This document shows positions 37,686 to 48,222 of a stretch of 64,000 bases of DNA, one piece after another; the stretch's first letter is position 1, and each line of letters opens with the position of its first letter. Position numbers and translations under genes: made by a program. The notes under the pieces are model-generated. The model was given only the letters and a program-made list of their open reading frames with translations, had not been told where the DNA came from and searched no databases. Origin of the DNA: Nostoc desertorum CM1-VF14 (lineage in GTDB: Bacteria; Cyanobacteriota; Cyanobacteriia; Cyanobacteriales; Nostocaceae); NCBI GenBank assembly GCA_019359245.1, contig JAHHHR010000012.1, forward strand, positions 58,243-122,242, read 5' to 3'.

Positions 37686-38996
37686 TTATTTTGAGGCTTC
37701 ATAAACTAATTCCTTAGTAATTTCATTAGTAGAGGCTACTTTGGAATTAAAGTACTTACGGATGACCTCAATATTTTTCTCAACTTCGTGTTGAGAATAG
37801 CGAGGGTAAGTTGGTAAGTACAACAACTCTTTTTCAACTTTTTTGGAGTTGGGGCAATCGCGATAAAACTCCTCAAAACGAGGTGAATCAGCAGTACTAG
37901 TAAAATGTCCAGCAGCTATATCTCTTCCCTGCTCGAACATAAACCTGAGAAGATCCTCTCTCTGAGAATAGAGAACTGGGAACCAAAGGTAGGTGTGAGA
38001 GCCATCGGTACGCAGGGGTGGTAATATCAAACCATCAATATCTTTTAGCCCCTCGTAATAAATATGGGCATACTCGATTCTTGTCTTAATATCACGATCA
38101 ACTTTCTTAATCTGTGATAAGCCAAGGCTAGCCTGCAATGGGGTAAACTGAGATTTATAAATATCAGGAAGTTCTTTTGCAGGCTTGCTTTCCTGCGGTT
38201 GTCTACGAACTCTACTGTTAATAAATTCAACATTATTCAGGTAACTGAATCGCAGAATTGGGTAGATTAAAAGTTGAAAGACAATAGGCAAACTAGCAAT
38301 GTCATGTATCAAACCTTTCTTAACTTTTTGGGTGATACCAGGAAGGGGAGGATGGGAAAAGTCCTTTAACTCAGCATGAATCTTTTCCACCACATCTTGC
38401 CGATTAGAGACTACAACTCCTCCAAGCCATGTAGGTACATTTTTGTGCATTTCAAAACTAAATACACCAACATCGCCAATTGTTCCAACTGGTTTTCCTT
38501 GTTCTTTTACGCCAAATGACTGAGCGGCATCTTCGATTAACGGAATTTTAGAGCGATCGCAAATTTCTTTAATGTGGTGTGCTTCCGCAGCAAGCCCATG
38601 TAAATGAGTAATCAAGACTGCCCCAGTATTGGGATTAATTAGACGCTCTACTTCAACCGCAGAGATATTACAAGTCTGTTGATCAACATCGGCAAATATG
38701 GGACGACCCCCAGCAAAAATCACCATGTTGATAACATCAACAATGGTATAAGGCGACAAAATTACTTCTTGTCCGGGCTTTATTAGTGCTTTGACAGCGA
38801 GGTATATACCAAGGCGACATTGATAAACACAAACTGCGTAATCAGTGCCGAATCTCTCGCAAAGTGCCTTCTCGAACAAGTCAATTTTTTTTCTGTCTGG
38901 CCATAATCTTCCAACTAGGATGTAATTCAAAAATGTGAGGTAGCTGTTCAGATTTGTATAAAGGCGATTTTTAGGATTAGGTCTAAAATTCAACAT
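37686..38996 (-). CDS. DegT/DnrJ/EryC1/StrS-family sugar aminotransferase
   Basis: 436 aa with the pattern ...SPYT....I...GG.P.F.D......N......IEDAAQS.G......G..G....FSF...K. Confidence 0.85.
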   Translation of the reverse strand: MLNFRPNPKNRLYTNLNSYLTFLNYILVGRLWPDRKKIDLFEKALCERFGTDYAVCVYQCRLGIYLAVKALIKPGQEVILSPYTIVDVINMVIFAGGRPIFADVDQQTCNISAVEVERLINPNTGAVLITHLHGLAAEAHHIKEICDRSKIPLIEDAAQSFGVKEQGKPVGTIGDVGVFSFEMHKNVPTWLGGVVVSNRQDVVEKIHAELKDFSHPPLPGITQKVKKGLIHDIASLPIVFQLLIYPILRFSYLNNVEFINSRVRRQPQESKPAKELPDIYKSQFTPLQASLGLSQIKKVDRDIKTRIEYAHIYYEGLKDIDGLILPPLRTDGSHTYLWFPVLYSQREDLLRFMFEQGRDIAAGHFTSTADSPRFEEFYRDCPNSKKVEKELLYLPTYPRYSQHEVEKNIEVIRKYFNSKVASTNEITKELVYEASK

Positions 38997-39075
38997 ATGT
39001 CTATTTATTTACCTCTCAATATTGCTTTCATAGTTAATTCCTGCGTTCATAGTTTATAGCCCCAATAAATTGTTG

Positions 39076-40287
39076 CTAGATCGCTAGATTTGAGCCATTT
39101 TGACCATCGAGTACACTTTGCCAAAGATTGACTAACCGTTTGGCAATTTTTTGATGGGAATACTGTTGATGTACTCTACTGATGCCATATTGGGCAACTT
39201 CTTTACGCCAAGTTGGTTCGCAAACTAGACGCTCTAAAATTGCTACCAATCCTGAAACATCATCTTCTTGAAATATCAGATCGGATCGCCCAATTACATT
39301 AGGAATTTCGCCGGAAGAGGAACCAACCACAGGAATTCCCATAGACATCGCTTCAATCAGAACATGACCAAATTGTTCTTTCCAAGTTGCGGTTGACCGA
39401 GAAGGTAATACTAATACATCAAACTGACTGAGTTCATCGGGAGCTTTGTTGTGGGGAACAGCACCTCGCCAGAGGATGCGATCGCCAATTTGGAGATTTT
39501 CTGCTAGTTTTCTCAGTGCGGCTTCTTCAGATCCAGAACCACAAAGAATAATTTGACTGTTGATACCGCGATCGCGTAGTTGAGCAACAGCACTAAAAAT
39601 TAGATCAATTCCTTTGCTTTGAGCCAATCGACCGAGAAAGCCAACCCGAAAAGTCGGTACATCCGAGGTAGGCGATTTTGTGACTGGAGTAAAAAATTCT
39701 GGATCAACACCCATTTGGGGCATCACTTCTAATAAACCATGATAGTCCCACTTTCGCATGATATCGGCTCCGTCTTGGTTGCCTGGAATAATCGCACTGG
39801 CAGTATTAAGCACATACTGACAAATTTTCCACCGAGCTAGGGGCAATTGTCGTAATTGATTTTCCCATCCAAATATGACAATTGGTTTTCCTATGATCCG
39901 AGCTAAGATAGCCACTTCAAAAGCACAGATCGAAAATACTTCTTCTTCAACTTGGATAATATCGGGTTTAAAGTCTTTCAAGACTTTCCAGAGTACCCAT
40001 GGTGCATAAAAATGTGCTCCAACTTTCCCCGGAAATAGGACGGGAGCAGAGTAGAGGTGTAGATTAGAATAGGGACACTCTAATGGTAATTTCCGATTCC
40101 ATTCTAATGCTGTCCAATTACTAGGAGCAAGTAGTCCAACTTCTACACCTTCAACTTGAGCGATCGCATCTAGTTTGCCTTGATTAACCCCCACCACATA
40201 AGCATGGCTGATAAAAAGTACCCTCAGCGAATCGCTAGAAGATTTTGGAGTAATTACGGGTAAGGGATGATTGGGAGTTTCTTTCAT
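39076..40287 (-). CDS. Glycosyltransferase family 4
   Basis: 403 aa with VLPSRSTATWKEQFGHVLIEAMSMGIPVVGSSSGEIPNVIG. Confidence 0.85.
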   Translation of the reverse strand: MKETPNHPLPVITPKSSSDSLRVLFISHAYVVGVNQGKLDAIAQVEGVEVGLLAPSNWTALEWNRKLPLECPYSNLHLYSAPVLFPGKVGAHFYAPWVLWKVLKDFKPDIIQVEEEVFSICAFEVAILARIIGKPIVIFGWENQLRQLPLARWKICQYVLNTASAIIPGNQDGADIMRKWDYHGLLEVMPQMGVDPEFFTPVTKSPTSDVPTFRVGFLGRLAQSKGIDLIFSAVAQLRDRGINSQIILCGSGSEEAALRKLAENLQIGDRILWRGAVPHNKAPDELSQFDVLVLPSRSTATWKEQFGHVLIEAMSMGIPVVGSSSGEIPNVIGRSDLIFQEDDVSGLVAILERLVCEPTWRKEVAQYGISRVHQQYSHQKIAKRLVNLWQSVLDGQNGSNLAI

Positions 40288-40312
40288 GTCCTAAACGCTC
40301 GATTTAATAGGT

Positions 40313-41368
40313 TTATTTGGTCAGCGCCCGAATTTTGTTAACACTCCAATCGATAAATTTTGGTCGATATTGGGGAGCATACAACCAAGCGATCGCGGGA
40401 GTAGCTAAAGGTAGTGGTAGTAAGCCTACCCAGATAAACCATATGCTGTAAAATAGCCGCTTTTGCCAGTTAAAGTCTGAGTATCTCCAGAGTGAGCGAA
40501 TGCCGTAGTAAATTAAATTTAATCCGCGATCATCAGCGATCGGATGCTCCTGAGGATCGAGGCGCAACGAGATAATACGAGACCATAAACGTCCAATCGA
40601 GCGCTGATCTAAGTCAGATGGACAATCATAACCAAATTCTTCCGCTTTTTGAATTATTAAGCCAAAATTCTGTAGATCGTGGCGAACAAAACGCTGGAAG
40701 CGTTTCGCTGTAACGGTTGACAAAGCCCACTGATTTGAATTATGAATTCTATAGGCTCCCAAAGGCTCTTCGATCGCTGCTACATTGCCATAAAAAGGAA
40801 CTTGAAATGATAAGTAATCATCGGCTGTAAGCTTGTAGGCATCGGGTATGGGGAACAGCTTTTCTAAAACATGGCGATTTAAAGCATTACCACTCGTTGG
40901 GGTGCTTACATAACCACCTTTATCGAGAATGCTTTTCCAGACCTCACCTTGGGAAAGTGGTAATGTCCCTTGAGGCGATGAATAACCTAGGGATTGCCCA
41001 ACCATATCTACTACTTGCAAACGATAGTGAACCTTGGCAAGTTCTGGACTCCAAATCGAGACAATCCGCTCGACAGTGTCGGGAAATAAATAATCATCTG
41101 AATCTAAAAATATGATTATATCTCCTTTACTTTTGGCAAAGCCACTATTGAAAGCTGCGGACTGTTTCCCATTTGGTTGCAAGATCGAGAGGATGTGATC
41201 GCCATAGCCTGCAATAATTTTACGAGAGTCATCTGTAGAGCCGTCATCAACAACAATGACTTCAATCTGAGGATAGGTCTGATTTAAGACACTATCGATT
41301 GCCTCTGCAAGAAAGCGATCGTAGTTATAGTTATTAATGATGATACTTACGATCAATTTTCGATCCAT
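40313..41368 (-). CDS. Glycosyltransferase family 2 (GT-A)
   Basis: 351 aa with VSIIINNYNYDRFLAEAIDSVLNQTY..IEVIVVDDGSTD and an FLDSDD DxD motif. Confidence 0.85.
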   Translation of the reverse strand: MDRKLIVSIIINNYNYDRFLAEAIDSVLNQTYPQIEVIVVDDGSTDDSRKIIAGYGDHILSILQPNGKQSAAFNSGFAKSKGDIIIFLDSDDYLFPDTVERIVSIWSPELAKVHYRLQVVDMVGQSLGYSSPQGTLPLSQGEVWKSILDKGGYVSTPTSGNALNRHVLEKLFPIPDAYKLTADDYLSFQVPFYGNVAAIEEPLGAYRIHNSNQWALSTVTAKRFQRFVRHDLQNFGLIIQKAEEFGYDCPSDLDQRSIGRLWSRIISLRLDPQEHPIADDRGLNLIYYGIRSLWRYSDFNWQKRLFYSIWFIWVGLLPLPLATPAIAWLYAPQYRPKFIDWSVNKIRALTK

Positions 41369-41463
41369 ACTGTAATGGCTCTCAATATTTCAGTAAACAC
41401 AATACACTGAAGACCACAGATTTCGCATACTAAGTAATGAATAGCGGTTTATTCTTACTTAAT

Positions 41464-42621
41464 TTATAGTATTGTCTCTAGTAAATGTTTAACTTCTAGT
41501 CCCGCAACTCTCCAATTCAGCCGCGACTCATATTCATGAAACGCAGATAAAGCTAAGTTTTTATAATCCTCATAATTTGTAAATAAGTTAGTAATGTAAT
41601 CGCAGTAATCTGAAATATTGCCGACTGGTGAAAATAGTTGTCCATTAATGCCATTACGAATCATGGTTGGTACTCCACCTACAGTAGTAGACAAACAGGG
41701 TATTCCCAAAGAGTTTGCCTCAGCAAAAACTATTGGTGTACAATCAGCAATCGTCGGTAAAATGAGAAAATGAGACTCCATAAGGAGTTGCTTGATTCGA
41801 TCCTGACCTTCTTGGGTGGCTTTGTTAATAAAGCCTAAAGGCTTAAGAAAGTCAGGTATTGGTGAATCAACCATCGGCGGACAACCAACGATAGTTAATT
41901 CAGTTTTCAACCCAGATTCATTTAACTTTTCCGTAACTTCATAAGCTATATTGCCTCCTTTTCTAATCCAATCTACTCCTAGAAACAACAGCTTACACCA
42001 ATCGGTTTTTCGGGATGAAATTACATCTTTAATCGTTTCTGAGTTAAAGGGACTATCTGTATTAGAACCAAAGGGAACAACTTTGACCCGATTAGGGTCT
42101 GCACCATAATCATTAATAGCAGATTGAGCAGCCCAGTCAGAGGAATAGATTGCTAGCTTACTTTTTTGTAAAGCCAGTTTTTCCATTTGATGCCAGTCTT
42201 GAATCACTTCTTCAGGCAAATTGCTATATTGAGGATAAAAGTTGTGGATATTAGCGAAAGTCCCATCTGCCCAAAACGCCATCGGGCGATCGCATTCTAA
42301 ATAGGCAATAGGATTAACAGTGGCGCTAAAAATTATATCTGATTTAGTGCTATTTAATTTTTTAGCAACCTGATTGGCATAATGCTTCAAAGTTAAAGTA
42401 TCAGCATCTTTCTGATAATTCTTCTGCTTAAATAAATCATAGTAATGACGCTTAAACTTGTGAATAGTTCTCGAAGTAACAGCATCTTGCAACGGACCGA
42501 TATATTCTATGTAAATTGATTGATTTTTCAACGACTGAGCAATATAGTAACCCGTTCCAGACCATTCATTACACCCTTTTAAACTCCCTGCATCGTAAGT
42601 AGTTACATAAGCTAACTTCAT
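41464..42621 (-). CDS. Glycosyltransferase family 4-like (GT-B)
   Basis: 385 aa with C-terminal ILPTIADCTPIVFAEANSLGIPCLSTTVGGVPTMI. Confidence 0.8.
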   Translation of the reverse strand: MKLAYVTTYDAGSLKGCNEWSGTGYYIAQSLKNQSIYIEYIGPLQDAVTSRTIHKFKRHYYDLFKQKNYQKDADTLTLKHYANQVAKKLNSTKSDIIFSATVNPIAYLECDRPMAFWADGTFANIHNFYPQYSNLPEEVIQDWHQMEKLALQKSKLAIYSSDWAAQSAINDYGADPNRVKVVPFGSNTDSPFNSETIKDVISSRKTDWCKLLFLGVDWIRKGGNIAYEVTEKLNESGLKTELTIVGCPPMVDSPIPDFLKPLGFINKATQEGQDRIKQLLMESHFLILPTIADCTPIVFAEANSLGIPCLSTTVGGVPTMIRNGINGQLFSPVGNISDYCDYITNLFTNYEDYKNLALSAFHEYESRLNWRVAGLEVKHLLETIL

Positions 42622-42785
42622 GAGTTTTTTGTTTTAAATCTGTTAAGAATAGCTTTATTTAAATAGCCAAAGAGGTTAAGTTTATGCTTTTTAGGTAGTG
42701 CAATAAACTTAGTAGTTAAAAATTACTCGTAAATTTATCGGCACTGTAAACTAACCAGAAAAATGAGTAAAATAAACCCCTCAGT

Positions 42786-44591
42786 CTAACTACAATTTTC
42801 TAATTTACCTAGAACAACTTCCTGATAACTGCCTGATTTAATAATTCGGCCTTGATCGATTTCGTAAATGCGATCGCAATGCTCAATAGTCGAAAGGCGA
42901 TGAGCAATGATAATAATAGTATTGCTACCACTCAAAGCTTTTGTTGCCTCTGTGACAAGATGTTCTGTTTCATTGTCCAGTGCCGCCGTCGCTTCATCAA
43001 ACACCAAAATTTCTCTTTCGTGGTAAAGTACACGGGCAATACCAACCCTTTGCCGTTGACCTCCAGACAAGAGTACTCCTCGTTCTCCCACAATTGTCTG
43101 AGTCCCATTGGGCAGTTGCTCAACAACCTCGTTTAATTGAGCCATCTTAATTGCGTTTTTTAATCTATTATGATCGATTAAATGATCCGGAACACCGAAT
43201 GCAATATTGCGCTCTAAGGTGTCATCGATCAAAAAGATAGACTGGGGTACATAACCGAGTATATTTTGCCAAGCTCTCAGATCTCTATATACCGAAACCC
43301 CATCAACTTTAATATCTCCAGATTGCACTTGGAAAAGCCCCAAAATCACATCTACCAGAGTTGTTTTACCAGAACCAGATTTACCAATTATTCCGATCGA
43401 TTGACCTTTGTGAATCGTTAACGATATCTCATCTAATGCTTGACGTATAGTATTTGGATATTGAAAAGTGAGCTTTTCTAGAGATATTTCTTTCTCAAAC
43501 AATATATGCTTACTATTTTTGCTTGACAATGCACTGTCAGATTTGCCCCTAAGGTCAATTTCGGAGCTTAGATTTTCCTTTTCTAAGTTTTTTAAGTCAA
43601 AAAACAACTGATCAACTGCAAAGGCATTAGACCTTACCATATTCAAGTTAGAAACCAAATTCCCAGATGCTGGAAGCAGGCGGATAGAGGCAAGCCCAAA
43701 AATCCCCAGAACAGCGCTAAGATTCTGTTCTTCCTGATTTAGCTTAATAAATAAAAGTGTAAAGCCAACCAGAAATGTGATCATAAACGCCTCGATTACA
43801 TAGCGTGGAAGATTTCCGTAGCCTTGAGCTAGAGTTAAATTTATGGCAAATTTTGTTGCCTCTTGCTCCATTTGCTGCTCGAAATAGGATTCACAACCAA
43901 TCACACGAGTCTCTTTTAAGCCACCTAAACCATGGTTTAGAATGCGAATCATTTTACCAGAAGCTAGCCATCCATTTTTGCTCCATCGGCTTAAGCGCTG
44001 TTTCATTGATTTTATAAGCCAAAGCATAATAGTTAAAAGCATCACAATAAGAATGAGCGCCATGGGGTTGGTCTTAACTAAAAGAGCCATTAATGCTAAT
44101 ACAACTAGTACATTCGATATAGATGTCAGTATACCCATGATGACACCTATACTGACACTATCTGTTGTGGCAGTAATATTCTGAATTAGGGTTGCGGAAT
44201 TAATATTTAAGTGAAAACTATAGGGAGCTTTTATATAAGCTTTCATGAGCTTGCAAGACAGCTCACTCTTGATCATATATCCAAATTGAAAAACTGCTTT
44301 TTGAGCATGAAAGCTCAAAAATGCTTTCACATAGAATGCAATAATGACTAATAAGCCTAAGACTATTAAGAATTGGTGTTGTGAGTTAAAATTCAACTTT
44401 GTATAAATTAGATATAACCAGCTATTACTCTTAACCAAATCTGGGTTAGTTGCGATCGCAATAAAAGGGCCGATGATTCCAGTTCCAAAAACTTCTAGTC
44501 CAGAAATAAAGAGGAAAATAAAAATCATTGCAAATAGCCACTTATGATGGCCTTTTGTAAGGTATAGGAGTTTAGATAGAAATTGAATCAT
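42786..44591 (-). CDS. ABC exporter, fused permease plus ATPase (MsbA/PglK/HepA-type)
   Basis: 601 aa with a six-helix N-terminal domain, Walker A GKSGSGKTT, signature LSGGQRQRVGIAR and Walker B ILVFDEATAALD. Confidence 0.9.
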   Translation of the reverse strand: MIQFLSKLLYLTKGHHKWLFAMIFIFLFISGLEVFGTGIIGPFIAIATNPDLVKSNSWLYLIYTKLNFNSQHQFLIVLGLLVIIAFYVKAFLSFHAQKAVFQFGYMIKSELSCKLMKAYIKAPYSFHLNINSATLIQNITATTDSVSIGVIMGILTSISNVLVVLALMALLVKTNPMALILIVMLLTIMLWLIKSMKQRLSRWSKNGWLASGKMIRILNHGLGGLKETRVIGCESYFEQQMEQEATKFAINLTLAQGYGNLPRYVIEAFMITFLVGFTLLFIKLNQEEQNLSAVLGIFGLASIRLLPASGNLVSNLNMVRSNAFAVDQLFFDLKNLEKENLSSEIDLRGKSDSALSSKNSKHILFEKEISLEKLTFQYPNTIRQALDEISLTIHKGQSIGIIGKSGSGKTTLVDVILGLFQVQSGDIKVDGVSVYRDLRAWQNILGYVPQSIFLIDDTLERNIAFGVPDHLIDHNRLKNAIKMAQLNEVVEQLPNGTQTIVGERGVLLSGGQRQRVGIARVLYHEREILVFDEATAALDNETEHLVTEATKALSGSNTIIIIAHRLSTIEHCDRIYEIDQGRIIKSGSYQEVVLGKLENCS

Positions 44592-44658
44592 TAGTTCTTA
44601 ATGTTATACAAACTAAATTTTTAGAATGGTTATCTAGAGCGATTTTGCAGTAGAGGTG

Positions 44659-44871
44659 TTACACCTGCAATGGAGAGCCTGTATATTTTAAAATTTCACA
44701 TCTTTTACTCAAAAAATGATCGATCATTTCAATATTTATTTTTACCTCACAAGTGTTTACTATATTTTCTAACAAATTCTTCAGAGCGTTTAAATTAACC
44801 TCCATGTCCAGCAAATTAAAGTTGCTTTTTGGAAATCCAGAAAATTTAATAATCAGTTCTCTTTGAAACAT
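44659..44871 (-). CDS. Doubtful small ORF (70 aa from ATG at 44871)
   Basis: An ORF only. It is AT-rich, matches no recognisable family, and the track start is TTG. Confidence 0.2.
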   Translation of the reverse strand: MFQRELIIKFSGFPKSNFNLLDMEVNLNALKNLLENIVNTCEVKINIEMIDHFLSKRCEILKYTGSPLQV

Positions 44872-44936
44872 ATTTTTTGGCAACCGAGGATATAAATATA
44901 AATAAACAGTAGAGAAATAAACAATAGCCGTTTTGT

Positions 44937-46028
44937 CTAAGTTATACTACTCGAGTGCTGTTTTAAACGATAGTAAGTTGGACGCAAGGCAATGAACGAT
45001 CGACGTGCCTTCAAGAAAAGCTTCTGTTGCCAACTTTTCATTGTACACCAGTCTTTATACGCTGGTATCGCGATGTTTGTCAAAAAATCTTGCCATCTTT
45101 TAACCATAGCGTCTGGCTGAGTTTCTTTGGAACGTGTCCAACCATTCTCAACCATTTCATGGCGAAATTGTTTATTATCTTTCAGACGTGACAGCGCAAA
45201 AATGACCTCCTCCACTGAAGTTGCTTCTAAGTAATCTAAATCGCTTTTACGTTCAGATCGAAATGCTGATTCATATCCTAAAATTGCTGGTACGCCCGAG
45301 TGCCAAGCACTGTACAATTTAGAAGCAGGCTTTCCTCTCCAATCGTTTGCGACTCCCATACTCCGAATCGCCAGAATCACATCTGTACTGCTGTAATCAT
45401 GCCATTCATAATGATTGAGTTTTTTATGAAAATTTAATCCTAAATCCTGAAGCTGATCGTACCAATTTTGCTCCCGAAACTCCGGTACTAAGTTCACTTC
45501 ATTACCTAAAAACATTACATTTTTAAAGGTTTCACCTCTTTCTAGATTGCGGGGGATAATTGCTGGCTGCGGCCAATGAGGAATAAAGTGACTTTCCCAC
45601 AGTTCCATTGATCGTTTTGCGATAACTTGATGGGGATTTTGAACGACATGAAGTTGTGCATAGGGATGCCTATCTACATCTGCTCGCAAACACACTAGCA
45701 ATAATTTAGCCCCAGGCTGAAACGAATTTGCTAGGAAATCACGATGAGTCACAACAATACCTTCGTCCGGCATTTCCGCTACTAACTTGCAAGGAAAGCC
45801 GTAATCATTGAGATAAAGATAGGTTTGCAATGTCCAAAAACAACCACCGCTCTGCATTGGAGAGATGGAATGCTGATCGCATTGCCACTCCCAATAATAT
45901 CTGGCATTCTGCGGTAAGCTACTAACGGATAGTTTAGTGTCAGGAAAATAAAAATAAATTTCTGGTAATTCTTGAAACATAAGATGAACTATTAAAAATA
46001 TAATTAAGTTGTAATTTTTATCAAACAA
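44937..46028 (-). CDS. Hypothetical protein in the polysaccharide island (possible uncharacterised glycosyltransferase)
   Basis: 363-aa ORF, tightly packed with an 8-nt overlap with the upstream GT2 gene. No motif assigned. Confidence 0.55.
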   Translation of the reverse strand: MFDKNYNLIIFLIVHLMFQELPEIYFYFPDTKLSVSSLPQNARYYWEWQCDQHSISPMQSGGCFWTLQTYLYLNDYGFPCKLVAEMPDEGIVVTHRDFLANSFQPGAKLLLVCLRADVDRHPYAQLHVVQNPHQVIAKRSMELWESHFIPHWPQPAIIPRNLERGETFKNVMFLGNEVNLVPEFREQNWYDQLQDLGLNFHKKLNHYEWHDYSSTDVILAIRSMGVANDWRGKPASKLYSAWHSGVPAILGYESAFRSERKSDLDYLEATSVEEVIFALSRLKDNKQFRHEMVENGWTRSKETQPDAMVKRWQDFLTNIAIPAYKDWCTMKSWQQKLFLKARRSFIALRPTYYRLKQHSSSIT

Positions 46029-46932
46029 TATTTTTTATTTCTTGAACCGCTAAATTCAGCCCTCGAAAATGTGCATATTTAAATCGGCGTTCTCGGGGGT
46101 GTAAAAACCAACTTCGAAAATAGTTTAGAAGTCTTGATTTCCCAGAATAGTTGGGTGGAGTTTTACCTCGAAAGGATTCTAGAATTGTGACAGAATAGGT
46201 TAGTCCTTCTATCAACCTTAAAAGATACTCTTCTTGTAAACGATTTGACGGGATAAGATGAGTCAACTTTAAAGCTGAAAATATTCCAGTGCCTAAACCA
46301 TTATCACAAGCTGTATATGCTAGATCGATATCTTCACATGCTGAAAGTGATTTACCTTTACGCCCTAACTTGGAACGTTTAGGGTCTTTGCGAATTAATT
46401 CAGCATACTTTTCAGCAACAATTCTACGAACGCACAAACCCGCACCATAAGGGGTAGTTTCATCCTGATGGATTAAATTTGACCATTTGTCTTGATTGAA
46501 CTCCCGGATTGCCAATTTACCCCAAAAAGGCTTCGTCCAGTCTGGCGGTTGTTCCTCAAATTCTGCTACAGCTTGTCCACCCCAGGCTCCAAGTATCGGC
46601 CACTGGTTACCAATTTGCAAGGCAATCGCTAAATAGTCCGCATCTAAAACGTTATCGTCATCTACAAATATGATAATATCGGCTTGAGCCGCTTGAATTC
46701 CACGCAGACGAGATGGAGTCAGACCTAGTCGCTCCTCACGCAGATGACGAGCATTAAGATGCCAATTCAGATCGACTTTTTGACAAACTGGCTGAACACT
46801 TGCATTATCAATTAGTACTAATTCCCACTTTTCCATAGGCAATGTTTGCGCTTTCAAAGCCTTAAGTACGCGATCAAAATATTCAATTCTGGGGTTGTGA
46901 GTACAGATGATAATACTGAGGGCAGGTTTCAT
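46021..46932 (-). CDS. Glycosyltransferase family 2
   Basis: 303 aa with LSIIICTHNPRIEYFDRVLKAL..QT and IIIFVDDDN (DxD). Confidence 0.85.
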   Translation of the reverse strand: MKPALSIIICTHNPRIEYFDRVLKALKAQTLPMEKWELVLIDNASVQPVCQKVDLNWHLNARHLREERLGLTPSRLRGIQAAQADIIIFVDDDNVLDADYLAIALQIGNQWPILGAWGGQAVAEFEEQPPDWTKPFWGKLAIREFNQDKWSNLIHQDETTPYGAGLCVRRIVAEKYAELIRKDPKRSKLGRKGKSLSACEDIDLAYTACDNGLGTGIFSALKLTHLIPSNRLQEEYLLRLIEGLTYSVTILESFRGKTPPNYSGKSRLLNYFRSWFLHPRERRFKYAHFRGLNLAVQEIKNIV

Positions 46933-47042
46933 TTTAGTTGGCTTCTTGTAGGTATTGAATAGCTATGAACGAATGCAAAACTATGCAAATAATTATGGAA
47001 TATTCGATCTCCGAAAATCGAGATAATCTCGATCATTGCACA

Positions 47043-47993
47043 TCAAACATTTTGAATCATCTTTGAACTTGCAGACAATTCTGTAGTTGTTTCAGTCGCC
47101 AACCCTTTGAAAAAATTGAGTAACTCAGGATGGCGATCATACTGATGGATAATTGCCGGATACTGATCTCCAATTTTAACTCGTCCCTGAGCAAAATCGT
47201 CAGTAATTTCACTAGAATCTTCAAGACTGATCGTAGCGATAAGTCCTTGATGGTTAGTAGTCAGTTCGAGTTTAATGTGGTTCTCAAAAATCAAGTAAAT
47301 ATGGGCAGCTTGATCGTATCCAAAATCTTGAAAGATCATTTGCGGGAGATGTCTCCACATCTCATCACATAGCTCGGTTAAATAATTCTCGATTTTCTCG
47401 GCTGAACCTAGTGTTACACCGGCACAGGCAACTAGCTTATCTGAAAATCTATTCAAAACATCCCGACCATAAGCAGCCTCAATCCAAGTAGATGTATAAC
47501 GTTCATTTCTAATAATTTTCGGCTCAAGTCCAGAAACTAATTTTCCATCCAGATGACTAAACGGATCTCTTTGAATCACCACATCACGACAATCTGTGAG
47601 TAGAACGTTTGAAAAAACATTGTGGTGAGACTTCAAAATTTGGAGTGCAATAAAAAACCGCTCGTGGATAATCCGAACTGCCAGTTGACCGATCAACCTG
47701 AGTGGATCAATCGTAGCTGAGTATTTTCTTTTGCTTAACTGACGAGCCAACCAAGTAAAAGAAGGACGGGTTCGGTAATTAGCCAGTCTGGCAAACTGTT
47801 TGCGGATGGATGCACCAATATAGACAGGTCTTACAAATGGATACTTTTCTCGCAGCTTTTCTATAGATTTGCGATCTTGGTGATAGACGATTAGAAAAAC
47901 CGTTGTATTTTTGCAATTTATTGCTACTGACCAGAGGAAAATTTGAATATCAGCTTCGGTGTAACCTGTAGCGGCTGTAATAATTGCATTCAT
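47043..47993 (-). CDS. Hypothetical protein in the polysaccharide island
   Basis: 316-aa ORF. The N-terminus MNAIITAATGY...IFL.S resembles Rossmann/GT-A-like starts, but nothing can be assigned. Confidence 0.55.
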   Translation of the reverse strand: MNAIITAATGYTEADIQIFLWSVAINCKNTTVFLIVYHQDRKSIEKLREKYPFVRPVYIGASIRKQFARLANYRTRPSFTWLARQLSKRKYSATIDPLRLIGQLAVRIIHERFFIALQILKSHHNVFSNVLLTDCRDVVIQRDPFSHLDGKLVSGLEPKIIRNERYTSTWIEAAYGRDVLNRFSDKLVACAGVTLGSAEKIENYLTELCDEMWRHLPQMIFQDFGYDQAAHIYLIFENHIKLELTTNHQGLIATISLEDSSEITDDFAQGRVKIGDQYPAIIHQYDRHPELLNFFKGLATETTTELSASSKMIQNV

Positions 47994-48222
47994 GCCTTGT
48001 TTCCTTTAATACGAACCTTCATTATGCTTTTCATCAAGCATCAAGACTCTACACTTAGAGCCTGTCAAGAAACAACTTTTACAATTTATTCTCTAGAAAG
48101 CTTACTGAGAAAGCATTTCTAGCTCAAAAGAAGCAAGATTGTTATATGACAAGCTCTTAGGATATTGATGCCCCTTTTAGATAGATTATGCAACTGGTTA
48201 ACGGAACTTACGCTAGCTAAAG

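Noticed and set aside
42786-44591. Calling the ABC exporter hepA and the island the heterocyst envelope polysaccharide locus
   Set aside because: Size and context are reminiscent of HepA, but I cannot establish orthology from sequence alone and the gene content differs from what I recall of the hep island. It is left as a comparison to make.
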